Under the pieces are notes generated by a model. It saw only the letters and a program-made list of their open reading frames with translations. It was not told where the DNA came from and ran no database searches. A program made the position numbers and the translations under genes. This document shows, in pieces, positions 38,162 to 47,365 of a stretch of 64,000 nucleotides of DNA (position 1 is its first letter; the number at the start of each line of letters is the position of its first letter). Origin of the DNA: a virus. The DNA lies in IMG/VR virus record IMGVR_UViG_3300025684_000012. One strand, 5' to 3'.

Positions 38162-39862
38162 TTATACCAAGCCGACAATTTCGTCAAACTGGACACCGGT
38201 TCTAATAGCTACGAAGTTTAGAGTAACGTAGTTGATAGAGCGGGCTGGTTTGATGAACATTGAGGCAACGAATTCGTTACGATCAACAACTGCTGGTGTA
38301 TTATTAGTTTCGTCACATACGACGCGGAAGTCTGTGATACCACGACGACCTTGTACTTCACGTAACAGTGGCTCAACGATATTTACGAATTCTGCACGAG
38401 TAAACTCATCGTTCATTTCAAACATAACGTTTTTACCAGCTAGGGCAATCGCTCGCTCAAGAGTCAAGAACAAACGGCGTACGTTAATACGGTCGAATGC
38501 TGAAGGACGTCTTTGATACGTTTTGTCGCCATACAGTAGTACTCCAGAACCTGGAATATTTGCTACTGGGTTAAAACCAGCTTTGTATAGTTCGTCACGG
38601 TCTGACTTAGATGGGTTGTATGCTAAATCTGTTACACCCAAGTATCGTCCACGACGCTCACCAGCTGGTGAGAACCACGGTGCTGATGCTAAGTCGGCCG
38701 CTGCAATAATGCCAGCTGTGCTTGATGCTGAAGGAATGTAAATATATTGATCGTTGTACTTGTCATACACTTTAAAGAAGTTATTATCTAAAATAGTATA
38801 AGAAGAGCGCGTGCTTGGAGCAGTAGCAAGGATGGCGGCCGTTGGATCAGCATTACCTACTACGCTTATACGAGAAGGTGAAGCGATTGCTACACAGTCT
38901 TTACGTTGCTCAGCAATAGCAGTTACTGTATCTGGGTTAACATCTTGTGCTGCAATGATAAAGTCTACTGTAACAGAGTCTATATCATCAAACATACTAT
39001 ACGCAGAGCCCTTAGCTTCGTTCGATACAGCTACATCAGAACCACCTGATAAAACACCTGTCCAAATACCGTTAGAATTTGGGTCGAATCCTTCGCTGTA
39101 CTCGCCCATCCATACATACGATGATTGGTTGTTGAGTACATCTGTAATGTATATCGTTCCACCCTGTTGGTTTTTAGCTCCAGGAGTTGTTGATACGTAT
39201 GCGAACGTTTCCAACACCTCTCCTGCTACACCTGTTATACCACCACCGTTATCGCTAATGATAACGTGTAACTCGTCACCTTCCGGTGCGCTATCAAACA
39301 ATTGGTTTTCTACACCGGCAGGAATAACAGTAACCTTGAGGTTGTTACCTAGTGCACCTGGATACTTAGCATAGAAGGTATCTGGATGTGGGTTAACACG
39401 GGTTTCCCAGTAATCGGCGTTTTTGATAACGCGCGCTGCTGGTCCATATACTGCAGGAACCTCGGGCGTCAATACGACTGGGTTATTGTCTGAATCAAGT
39501 ACTGGATTCATATCAGAATCCATCATGTATTCTGCGGGGATCATAGGAGATATTTCTATGCCCTGTGAGTCGGCAGTTGCTGCTGCGTTCATGCCTTCGT
39601 TGACACGCACTACAAACATTGAGCTTGAGTATTTTAAGAAATAAGCAGCAGAGAAGAAATCTACCGCATTGTCTTTTGTTGGGGTTCCAAATAAAGAAAC
39701 GAGCTGAGTTTCATCAGAAACACGAGTACGCTTATCTACTGGTCCCCATTTAAAATCACCTACAAAAGCACCTGTAGTAGATTGAACATTTGGCACAACG
39801 CCAGTTAGGTCGATCTCTCGTACAGATACCGCAGGGGATTGTGATGGAGTTGTTAATGCCAT
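38162..39862 (-). CDS. 18: Tail sheath protein gp18
   Basis: SPAVSVREIDLT, WGP, PWFSPAG..RG, FDRINVRRLF, IKPARSINY. Confidence 0.97.
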   Translation of the reverse strand: MALTTPSQSPAVSVREIDLTGVVPNVQSTTGAFVGDFKWGPVDKRTRVSDETQLVSLFGTPTKDNAVDFFSAAYFLKYSSSMFVVRVNEGMNAAATADSQGIEISPMIPAEYMMDSDMNPVLDSDNNPVVLTPEVPAVYGPAARVIKNADYWETRVNPHPDTFYAKYPGALGNNLKVTVIPAGVENQLFDSAPEGDELHVIISDNGGGITGVAGEVLETFAYVSTTPGAKNQQGGTIYITDVLNNQSSYVWMGEYSEGFDPNSNGIWTGVLSGGSDVAVSNEAKGSAYSMFDDIDSVTVDFIIAAQDVNPDTVTAIAEQRKDCVAIASPSRISVVGNADPTAAILATAPSTRSSYTILDNNFFKVYDKYNDQYIYIPSASSTAGIIAAADLASAPWFSPAGERRGRYLGVTDLAYNPSKSDRDELYKAGFNPVANIPGSGVLLYGDKTYQRRPSAFDRINVRRLFLTLERAIALAGKNVMFEMNDEFTRAEFVNIVEPLLREVQGRRGITDFRVVCDETNNTPAVVDRNEFVASMFIKPARSINYVTLNFVAIRTGVQFDEIVGLV

Positions 39863-39930
39863 GACCTTTCCTTTTTAATCGGTTGCGAATGATAAGTTAA
39901 CATGATACGGTGTAATTCCTTCAATAGTAC

Positions 39931-39938
39931 TATTTATA
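39931..39938 (-). promoter_or_regulatory. T4-type late promoter
   Basis: TATAAATA. Confidence 0.8.
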
Positions 39939-39941
39939 GAA

Positions 39942-41567
39942 TTACCAATCTTCAGATGTAACACGATCGGGCATATCAAAGTCGTGCCACCCAGTGGTAT
40001 ACCTATCATTTTGTTGTAATTCTTGTTGCCTATGCCACTCTTGTCCGTCGTCGATGATACCAAAGGGCGGAACATCATCATCAATTTCTTTCATTCTCTG
40101 TTCGAATAGCATTTGTTTAATGTTTACGTTGGACATATCCATAAATGCTTGCGTACTCACGAAGTACCCAAACATGACGAGATTCATCATTAGGTCATCG
40201 TGGTTGCCATCGGACGCCTCGTAAGACTGCCCCCGCGAGACAAATGTAGATATCTCCATAATGGTGTTTTCATCCACTATAGTGAGTTTACCACCCTCGA
40301 TTATATCCTTAATACCAGAGCACCCGATGCGCTTAACTTTACGATCCATACGAATACCGATAGCATCCGCTTTTACCGCAGACTCAAGATGAATATTTTC
40401 GTACTCTAGATCCTGGTAAAGTCCAACGCACACCATCATACCCTGGTCATTATTTTCTATAACACAGTATGCCTCATTATATAGTGTGGCATATTTGTAT
40501 ATGATATTCGGATAAAGTATAGGTGAGATTCTATTGTTGCGGTATACGCAAACCTGCCTAAATGGACGAACCGAAACATCGATGATATTAAACGTAGAGT
40601 AATCTTGTCCACGTCCTTGTGCTACGTCTACAAGCATTATATACTCATGATCCTTAAAAGGCCTTTGGTATATAAGTAGATCGCCACCCTCCATATACTC
40701 AATAGGTGGATGCGCTCGTAAATCTAGAAGTACATTCCCCTCAATGAGAGTGTTACCCGTCCCATAGAACGTATTGCCAAATTCTTGGTCGAACTGCATC
40801 TGGGAAGTATTCGCAATGGTTTGCTTTTTCCATTCTTCGTCACGTCCAGGTACATCCCACCAGTCAACTCGAAACGGTTTATATTCATTAATCCTCTGCA
40901 CCGCTCCTTCCCATATTTTATGATATGTATTACCAATACCATTTGCTGTAGATGTGATAATTACTTTAGTGTCTTTACCAGATGATACAACGGGATACGT
41001 AGAAGTATAGAACTCAGCAGCATTCTCTACGAAAGCAAATTCGTCCAAGAATAGTAAGTTAACAGACATACCACGAATAGAAGAACCAGACGTCGCAGCA
41101 GCAACAATTCTAGAATTGTTCGAAAACTCAATAGAGCCTTTGTTAAGTGCCTTACAGCCTGGCTGGAGAAAGAAAGGGAGATTCTCCAGCATAAGAGTAA
41201 TGCGTTGTAGCATTTCTCGAGCAGTAGCTCCTTTGTTAGCTAGAACCGCAACAGTCTTTTCTGGGTGAAATATAGCATACCATAAGATATACCCAACACT
41301 CGAAATACTTTTACCCGATTGGCGACAAGCAAGCACAATACTAAATCTGTTTGACTCAAAGTGCTCAAACATCTTTTCCTGATAGGGGTATAGATCGAAT
41401 GGTACCAATCCCCTATCAAGATGAATGACCTTTACATATTTTTTGCAAAAGTATGCAGGATCCTTCATGCACTTTTTGTATTCGGCTAGTTTTTTAGGAG
41501 TCCAATTCTCGTTAACCCCGTCCCGCTTAACGTTAATATTGCCTAGATATGTTTCGCTGTTGCTCAT
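39942..41567 (-). CDS. 17: Terminase large subunit gp17
   Basis: RQSGKS, LDEFAFV, STANG, DVAQGRGQDYS, HDDLMM. Confidence 0.97.
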   Translation of the reverse strand: MSNSETYLGNINVKRDGVNENWTPKKLAEYKKCMKDPAYFCKKYVKVIHLDRGLVPFDLYPYQEKMFEHFESNRFSIVLACRQSGKSISSVGYILWYAIFHPEKTVAVLANKGATAREMLQRITLMLENLPFFLQPGCKALNKGSIEFSNNSRIVAAATSGSSIRGMSVNLLFLDEFAFVENAAEFYTSTYPVVSSGKDTKVIITSTANGIGNTYHKIWEGAVQRINEYKPFRVDWWDVPGRDEEWKKQTIANTSQMQFDQEFGNTFYGTGNTLIEGNVLLDLRAHPPIEYMEGGDLLIYQRPFKDHEYIMLVDVAQGRGQDYSTFNIIDVSVRPFRQVCVYRNNRISPILYPNIIYKYATLYNEAYCVIENNDQGMMVCVGLYQDLEYENIHLESAVKADAIGIRMDRKVKRIGCSGIKDIIEGGKLTIVDENTIMEISTFVSRGQSYEASDGNHDDLMMNLVMFGYFVSTQAFMDMSNVNIKQMLFEQRMKEIDDDVPPFGIIDDGQEWHRQQELQQNDRYTTGWHDFDMPDRVTSEDW

Positions 41568-42103
41568 AGTATAAACACCTGTATAGACTCTCGCGAAGGA
41601 GCTGATGGCGCCACTGGCGTAGTACAGTGCAATACGCCCCCTTCCTGATACACAGCGACACCACGTTTTGGTTGAATGGCTGTCATAGTAGGCTGGTCGC
41701 TGAGTTGATGTATGAAAAAACCTCCGTCGGTTCTATTCCAGTCTTTATTTAAGTATATCGACGCAGCTCCCAAAAAACTACCGTCGTCGTGCCAGTTGAC
41801 ATTATACGGACCGACACTCTTATAATACTGCACACTGTATCGGGTAATGTCTTTCGGGCTATCGAAATTGTGTATCATTTTCTGGGCGATGAAGTCGATG
41901 AACTCTTCATCAGAGATTTGGGTAACCTCTAGATTTCCTTGAGTGTTATGGAACAGTCTTTTGTCCCAAACATCTCTATGGTTTTCTGTCCTGAATCTAT
42001 GCAGCTCGGTTTTTACAAATAAATCGACGTACGAGCACTCATCCTCAGTAAGGAAGTTAAAATCTATACATACTCGTTGGTGTTCATTTGTCTGAGTCAG
42101 CAT
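41564..42103 (-). CDS. 2OG-Fe(II) oxygenase
   Basis: WHDD...SIYLN..W...DGG...HCTTPV....RESIQ. Confidence 0.85.
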   Translation of the reverse strand: MLTQTNEHQRVCIDFNFLTEDECSYVDLFVKTELHRFRTENHRDVWDKRLFHNTQGNLEVTQISDEEFIDFIAQKMIHNFDSPKDITRYSVQYYKSVGPYNVNWHDDGSFLGAASIYLNKDWNRTDGGFFIHQLSDQPTMTAIQPKRGVAVYQEGGVLHCTTPVAPSAPSRESIQVFIL

Positions 42104-42479
42104 ATATCACCTTTTCATCATACGTACCCAGTAACATACGTTGCAGCTCTGTTGTAGAGCCAACGAATAAATTATTGTTGGTAGTGGTAGAGTCTTTAGG
42201 TGTATCTGATTTCTGCAGATCTTTATATTTCTTATTCAAATCAATTAAAGAGCCATTGACGTCCGCAATACCCTTGATCATATTAGATAAGACTTCAAAC
42301 GCTCTTGGGTGCTCACTTTCGCGGGCAACCTCAATCATTAGCTCTAGCGACTCACGACCCTTCTCTATAAGATCGTAATACGTTTCCCGCGAATACTCAT
42401 AATCCTGTTCGTGGACAAAGTTACGCTTTTCTTCTTCATTGAATTGAACTAATTGCTTATTACTCGAATCGCTCATCAT
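42084..42479 (-). CDS. 16: Terminase small subunit gp16
   Basis: DYEYSR, ARESEHPRAFEV, NNNLFVGSTTELQ. Confidence 0.93.
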   Translation of the reverse strand: MMSDSSNKQLVQFNEEEKRNFVHEQDYEYSRETYYDLIEKGRESLELMIEVARESEHPRAFEVLSNMIKGIADVNGSLIDLNKKYKDLQKSDTPKDSTTTNNNLFVGSTTELQRMLLGTYDEKVIYADSDK

Positions 42480-43230
42480 TATACTCTATATTAAACCCAT
42501 AATCACTATCGGGGCTGACCTGTATTGGGTCAGGTGTAATATTTATGTTGTGTATAAAATCATCATTATTCAAATGATTAACAAACATATTCAGGTTAAC
42601 TTCACGAATTATAGATCCAGTTGCACGCTCAGGCCCATAGAACATCATCTTCATATCAAAGTTGAGAGTGTATATTATTGTACGTCTTTGGTCTAAAGGA
42701 CCCTCGTAGTCATCCTGAAAATCCAACCCATTAAGAGTAATTGGAACATCTTCGACGAATTCTGGACGATTGGCAAACGGTCTGACTGACAGTGTGTACT
42801 GTGGAGTAAAGTATGGAACAATCTGCTCTACTATCTGTAATGCGTCATCTTGGGTTTTGGCGTATACACTCAGCTGAAATGTCAGAACATAAGGAGTACC
42901 CACATAGGTGGTCGTTCCGCCATTATCCCCAGGTAATTTAAACTTGTTGGTTTTAGGAAGTTGGCGTTGAGGATCGTATACCACTGAGATGATCTCGAAA
43001 GACATTCTCGGTAGTTTAATAGCAACGCGACGTTCTGCCTCTTCACCTTTGGCCATCTCCTCCAAACGTTCGAGGAAGTTACGCTTCGGGGCATAAGATA
43101 AAGGAACTTTTACTTGATTAAGCGTTGACCCGTCCGCACGTTCTCGTATAATATGAAGGTCATCGAAGAGTGATCCGAATACAGACACACAAGTTCTAAC
43201 GTGCTTGTTATAAAAATGCCCACCCATCAT
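42460..43230 (-). CDS. 15: Tail sheath stabiliser/terminator gp15
   Basis: KVPLSYAPK, LPRMSFEI, QIVEQIVPYF.P, RRTIIYTL.F. Confidence 0.93.
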   Translation of the reverse strand: MMGGHFYNKHVRTCVSVFGSLFDDLHIIRERADGSTLNQVKVPLSYAPKRNFLERLEEMAKGEEAERRVAIKLPRMSFEIISVVYDPQRQLPKTNKFKLPGDNGGTTTYVGTPYVLTFQLSVYAKTQDDALQIVEQIVPYFTPQYTLSVRPFANRPEFVEDVPITLNGLDFQDDYEGPLDQRRTIIYTLNFDMKMMFYGPERATGSIIREVNLNMFVNHLNNDDFIHNINITPDPIQVSPDSDYGFNIEYNDERFE

Positions 43231-44114
43231 TATCGTATATCTCCGAATGGATTAGATTCACTGAAGTCCACAAAGTCGTTCGCGAAATCATCAAATATCT
43301 TATTCTGTGAAAGTGGTTGAATTTCATTCACGTTATCTTGTACGTCAGTTGGGGTAAATCTAGCCCCACTCTCTGATACAATTTCCCGATCGGTATTCCA
43401 TATATGATATTCACCATCATCTGTACCAGTATGTGCAATCGATAGGACACGAGTCTCACTATTCCAAGCCGTGACCTCACCCTCAATTTCAAAGTTGTCG
43501 AATGTCTGATATACGTACTCACCGGTTTTATAGAATCCGCCTTGAGCGGAGTCAGGTTCAGCCATCGTAATATGATACTGAAACGCGTGTTCGCGCTCGA
43601 CAACATCAATTGCGTCGATGCCAGTATCGAAGTCCTCATCAGAGAATTCGAACAATTCACATTGCATACGGAATAGAGGTAATTTGCTCAGTTGATAAAA
43701 TGGCGTTTCCGTATCGACAGACTTAACCTCGAAAAGAGACTGGGACAGTGGTAAGAATATTAGGTCACCCTCACGAGGTCTAAATTGCTTATCAGTTAAG
43801 CGGTCCCCGATCATTTGTTGCCATCTACGCCTCGCTATCATAAACGTTGCTTGATCTCGCAACTCGACGCCAAATTTTGTGAATAGATCGCCGTCACCGT
43901 CGAAGCTATCAGTATTTTCTAAATACATCTCAACTTTATATGCGTCTGAAAACTGGGACTCAATAGCATCTAAAAATATATCTTCACGCTCATGAACTTC
44001 GCGCGGCAAATAATAAACGTCCTGGCCATACATCTGTATAGCTTCTACTATTAGGTCTTCGTATAGAGTCTGTTCGCTTTTGACCTTTTGACTCATGTAT
44101 GGGTTAATAGCCAT
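43230..44114 (-). CDS. 14: Neck protein gp14
   Basis: EQTLYEDL..E.IQMYG.DVYYLPR, RPREGDLI, PFYQL, FSESNPFG. Confidence 0.94.
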   Translation of the reverse strand: MAINPYMSQKVKSEQTLYEDLIVEAIQMYGQDVYYLPREVHEREDIFLDAIESQFSDAYKVEMYLENTDSFDGDGDLFTKFGVELRDQATFMIARRRWQQMIGDRLTDKQFRPREGDLIFLPLSQSLFEVKSVDTETPFYQLSKLPLFRMQCELFEFSDEDFDTGIDAIDVVEREHAFQYHITMAEPDSAQGGFYKTGEYVYQTFDNFEIEGEVTAWNSETRVLSIAHTGTDDGEYHIWNTDREIVSESGARFTPTDVQDNVNEIQPLSQNKIFDDFANDFVDFSESNPFGDIR

Positions 44115-44120
44115 TATACA

Positions 44121-44888
44121 TTACCCCATGAAGAAAGATGGACCTTCATCCTCTTCTTCTCTAAATTTTTCCATAATCTTTTCGATGTCCTGTAGAGCAT
44201 CTTCGTATATCTGGCGAGCATTAACCGTCACGCCACCTGGGAGGGTCATGCCATCAAATTTTATTAAGTTCAACCCCCATTGTCGTTTGACTAACGCTGT
44301 AGCATACGACTTAACGAATTTGTGATTATAAAGTGAATTGTACGCTAGCACAGCATCGTCAGGATAACGAATGCCATATACTTCAAACACCACATAATCT
44401 CCAGCAGTAAGTGATGATTTGGATATGTGCATGTTTATACGATTGTATTGGCGGTCGAATGTGATTTGGGGTTGTCCGACGAGCTTCATATCTAACAACT
44501 CTAGCTGCTGTTTCATTTGATCGTAATGAGCTAGATCGCCTATAATACCACCACCCCGAGTAAAGTCCATTACAGTATATTTCATATGCTGCCACGCATC
44601 TGAGAACCAACCAGCGTTAGACAAGCTAGCGGTAACCGGAAGCATACGCACAACAGAGGACAAATCTAGATCCGGAAATTCAATAAACTGGTTGTCAATA
44701 TCTTGCTGAGTAAGCTGGTGCTTTAGATAATACCGTCGTTGTCCATCTGGGTGATGTTCGCGAAACCATTGTAGGGCTTCATCCATACGATCATCCAGCT
44801 GTTCATCGTCGATGTTAATTTCAACTACAGGATAGCCTAATGCCCTCAGGCAGTAGTCCATCAAGTCTTCTCGGCTAGTTACATACAT
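44121..44888 (-). CDS. 13: Neck protein gp13
   Basis: YCLRALG.PVVEIN, KRQWG.NL.KF.G..LPGGVT.N. Confidence 0.94.
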   Translation of the reverse strand: MYVTSREDLMDYCLRALGYPVVEINIDDEQLDDRMDEALQWFREHHPDGQRRYYLKHQLTQQDIDNQFIEFPDLDLSSVVRMLPVTASLSNAGWFSDAWQHMKYTVMDFTRGGGIIGDLAHYDQMKQQLELLDMKLVGQPQITFDRQYNRINMHISKSSLTAGDYVVFEVYGIRYPDDAVLAYNSLYNHKFVKSYATALVKRQWGLNLIKFDGMTLPGGVTVNARQIYEDALQDIEKIMEKFREEEDEGPSFFMG

Positions 44889-44917
44889 TTTTAATATTCC
44901 CAGTTAAGCATATCTTG

Positions 44918-44925
44918 TATTTATA
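44918..44925 (-). promoter_or_regulatory. T4-type late promoter
   Basis: TATAAATA. Confidence 0.8.
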
Positions 44926-44945
44926 CATTTTATTACTAGTATAAT

Positions 44946-44968
44946 AAAAAAGGGGGCCGAAGCCCCCT
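44946..44968 (-). terminator. Rho-independent terminator
   Basis: GGGGGC-TTCG-GCCCCC followed by T6. Confidence 0.9.
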
Positions 44969-44989
44969 CTCGTGTTACAACACTATGGT

Positions 44990-47275
44990 TTAGTTAACTA
45001 GAGTACCATCTACACGGTAGACGTTGATACGGTAATAAGCTGGGTCGTTTCCGCCCAAGTTATCAGCATCATGAGTGATCAACTGAGAGCGAACCTCAGT
45101 CTCATCAATCGCGATAACACCAGTTACTGGATCAAAAGTGATACACAAGCCACCAACTAAGTCGCCTTTAATCTGGCCTGGGAGATCAATGATATCTTGC
45201 TGAGCTTGAGTCATTGAAGATTCAAGTGTAGTGATGCGACCATTGTGAGATACCAAAGTACCTTCAGCAGTAGTCAATCTACCACCAGCATTAATAGCCT
45301 GTAGAGCAGTTACATCTGTTTCCAGAGTGCTAATGTCTGCTGCATTGCTATTAATCAGTCCAACCAAAGTGCCATCAACCGACTGGAATTCAGCAACGAT
45401 TTCTGACAATGAGTTGAGAGCAGTTTGATCTGTGTTAGACAAGATATTGGTTATTTGAGACTGTAAACCAGCTTCAACGCCAGTAGCGCGTGCAGTTTCA
45501 GAATCAATCTTAGCATCCAAACCAGTGTCGGCTGCAACCCACTCAAGGCGATCTGAATCCAAGCGGCCTTCGACAACATCCATCTCATTTTCGAGAGTCG
45601 ATACGCGACCACCCAATGCTGCGTCAGATCCGATCCACTCAAGGCGATCTGAATCTAAGCGACCAGACAACCCACTCAAGTCTGCATCGTGTCCGTCTAA
45701 GCGGCTATCTTGCTGTGCGTCTTTAGTATTGATATTGCCGATTTCACTAATGCGCGAAACCATACCAGACTCAAGTACACCAACTTTGCTCTCTGCTGTG
45801 GACAGACGTGAGCTGTTTGAAGTGATGACGTCAGAAAGATCTGAATCTACACCCTCAAAAGCTGCAACGATTTCTTGCAGGGTGTTCAGCGTCTCAGGCG
45901 AGGTGCCTAGGATAGCTTCTACCTTACCATCGACTACAGCGATAGCGGATTGTACAACAGCATCTCCAGCAATACGAGCAGCTTGTTCAGCATCGACCGC
46001 AGATTGTACAGCAGCATCTCCGGCAATACGACTAGCTTGTTCAGCATCGACCGCAGATTGTACAGCAGCATCTCCAGCAATACGAGCAGCTTGCTCAGCA
46101 GAATCAGCATCCTGTAGAGCACCTTCGATTGGACCAACGATAGCATTTACACGTTCGTCAGTGAAGTACTTGTTAGAACCTTCAGCCAGATCGCTAGTTG
46201 AGAGAGCTACTTTAGTCCAAACAGAACCATCATACACTTCCCAATAGTTGAGGGCTTCATTCCAACGCATTTGAGCAGCCGATTCATCGCCCCGCATAAC
46301 GCGGATACCAGCATTTTCTGTTGGAGTACCTGTAACTACGTCACTGTTCAAGTCGATAATATTATCTGCGATAGACAGCGTCTGAGAGTTAACAGTAGTT
46401 GTTGTGCCCTGAACTGTCAAGTCACCCTGTACAGTTACTGAGCCGCCAAACTCCTTATTCCCAACGTGCGTACCTGAGATTTTGTTATCAACGTAATCTC
46501 TGTTAACCGCATCTGTACCAGTAGTTGGTGCAGCGATGTCACATAGATTATTACCAGAGAGGTTTACATCACCACCAAATACAGTAGCAGCCCCGCCACT
46601 AGTAGTGATTGTCTTACCTGGAAGCATAACTACATCAGACTTAAAGTCGATAGTTGCTTCACCAGCATTGAAATCGATAGAACCACCAGCTGTTACGCCG
46701 AAAGCCAAGTTTTGGCCTGGATCAGCGTACATTGTGATTGTACCGGAGTTATCTTCTAGAATCTTGGTGCCGTTGATATACAACGAGCCTGGACCGATGT
46801 ATACATCGCGCCAAACTTTATCGGGGGAACCTAAGCTGTAAATGTTGTCCACTGCAGGTACTAAATCTTGACCGATAGATGAACCATCGATCGATACAGT
46901 ACCACCGGAAACAGAAACACCATCTCCGCCAGTCAAGTTAACTGAGAATTCACCCGTAACTCCATTGTAAGACATACCTTCGCCAGCCTGAACAGCATCA
47001 CGCGCACGTTGGGGCGTGAAGTACTGGTTAGAGCCTTCAGGGATATCGGTAGTGGAGAACGAAGAAATATCAGTAACAGTTTCAGCCGAGAGGGCCGAGA
47101 ACGCAGTAATATTCAACGCGTTGATGTATGGGGCATCAACTATCGATTGAACAGCAGGTTCTACCGAAGCAGCAGCAACAAGACCATCCGAGCCAATAAC
47201 GGTAACGTTACCGATGGATAATTCACCTTCGATATTCGCACCATTCTGGATTCTAAATTTTTTATTAGTTGCCAT
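44990..47275 (-). CDS. Fibre/whisker-like virion protein (beta-rich plus coiled coil)
   Basis: EGSN.YFT..R motifs, PETLNTLQEI motif, coiled-coil repeats; in the wac position upstream of gene 13. Confidence 0.75.
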   Translation of the reverse strand: MATNKKFRIQNGANIEGELSIGNVTVIGSDGLVAAASVEPAVQSIVDAPYINALNITAFSALSAETVTDISSFSTTDIPEGSNQYFTPQRARDAVQAGEGMSYNGVTGEFSVNLTGGDGVSVSGGTVSIDGSSIGQDLVPAVDNIYSLGSPDKVWRDVYIGPGSLYINGTKILEDNSGTITMYADPGQNLAFGVTAGGSIDFNAGEATIDFKSDVVMLPGKTITTSGGAATVFGGDVNLSGNNLCDIAAPTTGTDAVNRDYVDNKISGTHVGNKEFGGSVTVQGDLTVQGTTTTVNSQTLSIADNIIDLNSDVVTGTPTENAGIRVMRGDESAAQMRWNEALNYWEVYDGSVWTKVALSTSDLAEGSNKYFTDERVNAIVGPIEGALQDADSAEQAARIAGDAAVQSAVDAEQASRIAGDAAVQSAVDAEQAARIAGDAVVQSAIAVVDGKVEAILGTSPETLNTLQEIVAAFEGVDSDLSDVITSNSSRLSTAESKVGVLESGMVSRISEIGNINTKDAQQDSRLDGHDADLSGLSGRLDSDRLEWIGSDAALGGRVSTLENEMDVVEGRLDSDRLEWVAADTGLDAKIDSETARATGVEAGLQSQITNILSNTDQTALNSLSEIVAEFQSVDGTLVGLINSNAADISTLETDVTALQAINAGGRLTTAEGTLVSHNGRITTLESSMTQAQQDIIDLPGQIKGDLVGGLCITFDPVTGVIAIDETEVRSQLITHDADNLGGNDPAYYRINVYRVDGTLVN
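45940..46101 (-). repeat. 54-bp coding tandem repeat x3 (AEQAARIAGDAAVQSAVD)
   Basis: Near-identical units in both DNA and protein. Confidence 0.85.
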
Positions 47276-47326
47276 GTTTTCTTTACCTTTATTTTTTAAA
47301 GTTTATAATAGGATTATTTATTATAT

Positions 47327-47352
47327 AAAAGGTGGGGGTTTGACCCCCACCT
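47327..47352 (-). terminator. Rho-independent terminator
   Basis: AGGTGGGGGT-CAA-ACCCCCACCT followed by TTT. Confidence 0.8.
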
Positions 47353-47365
47353 AGATTATAATCTA

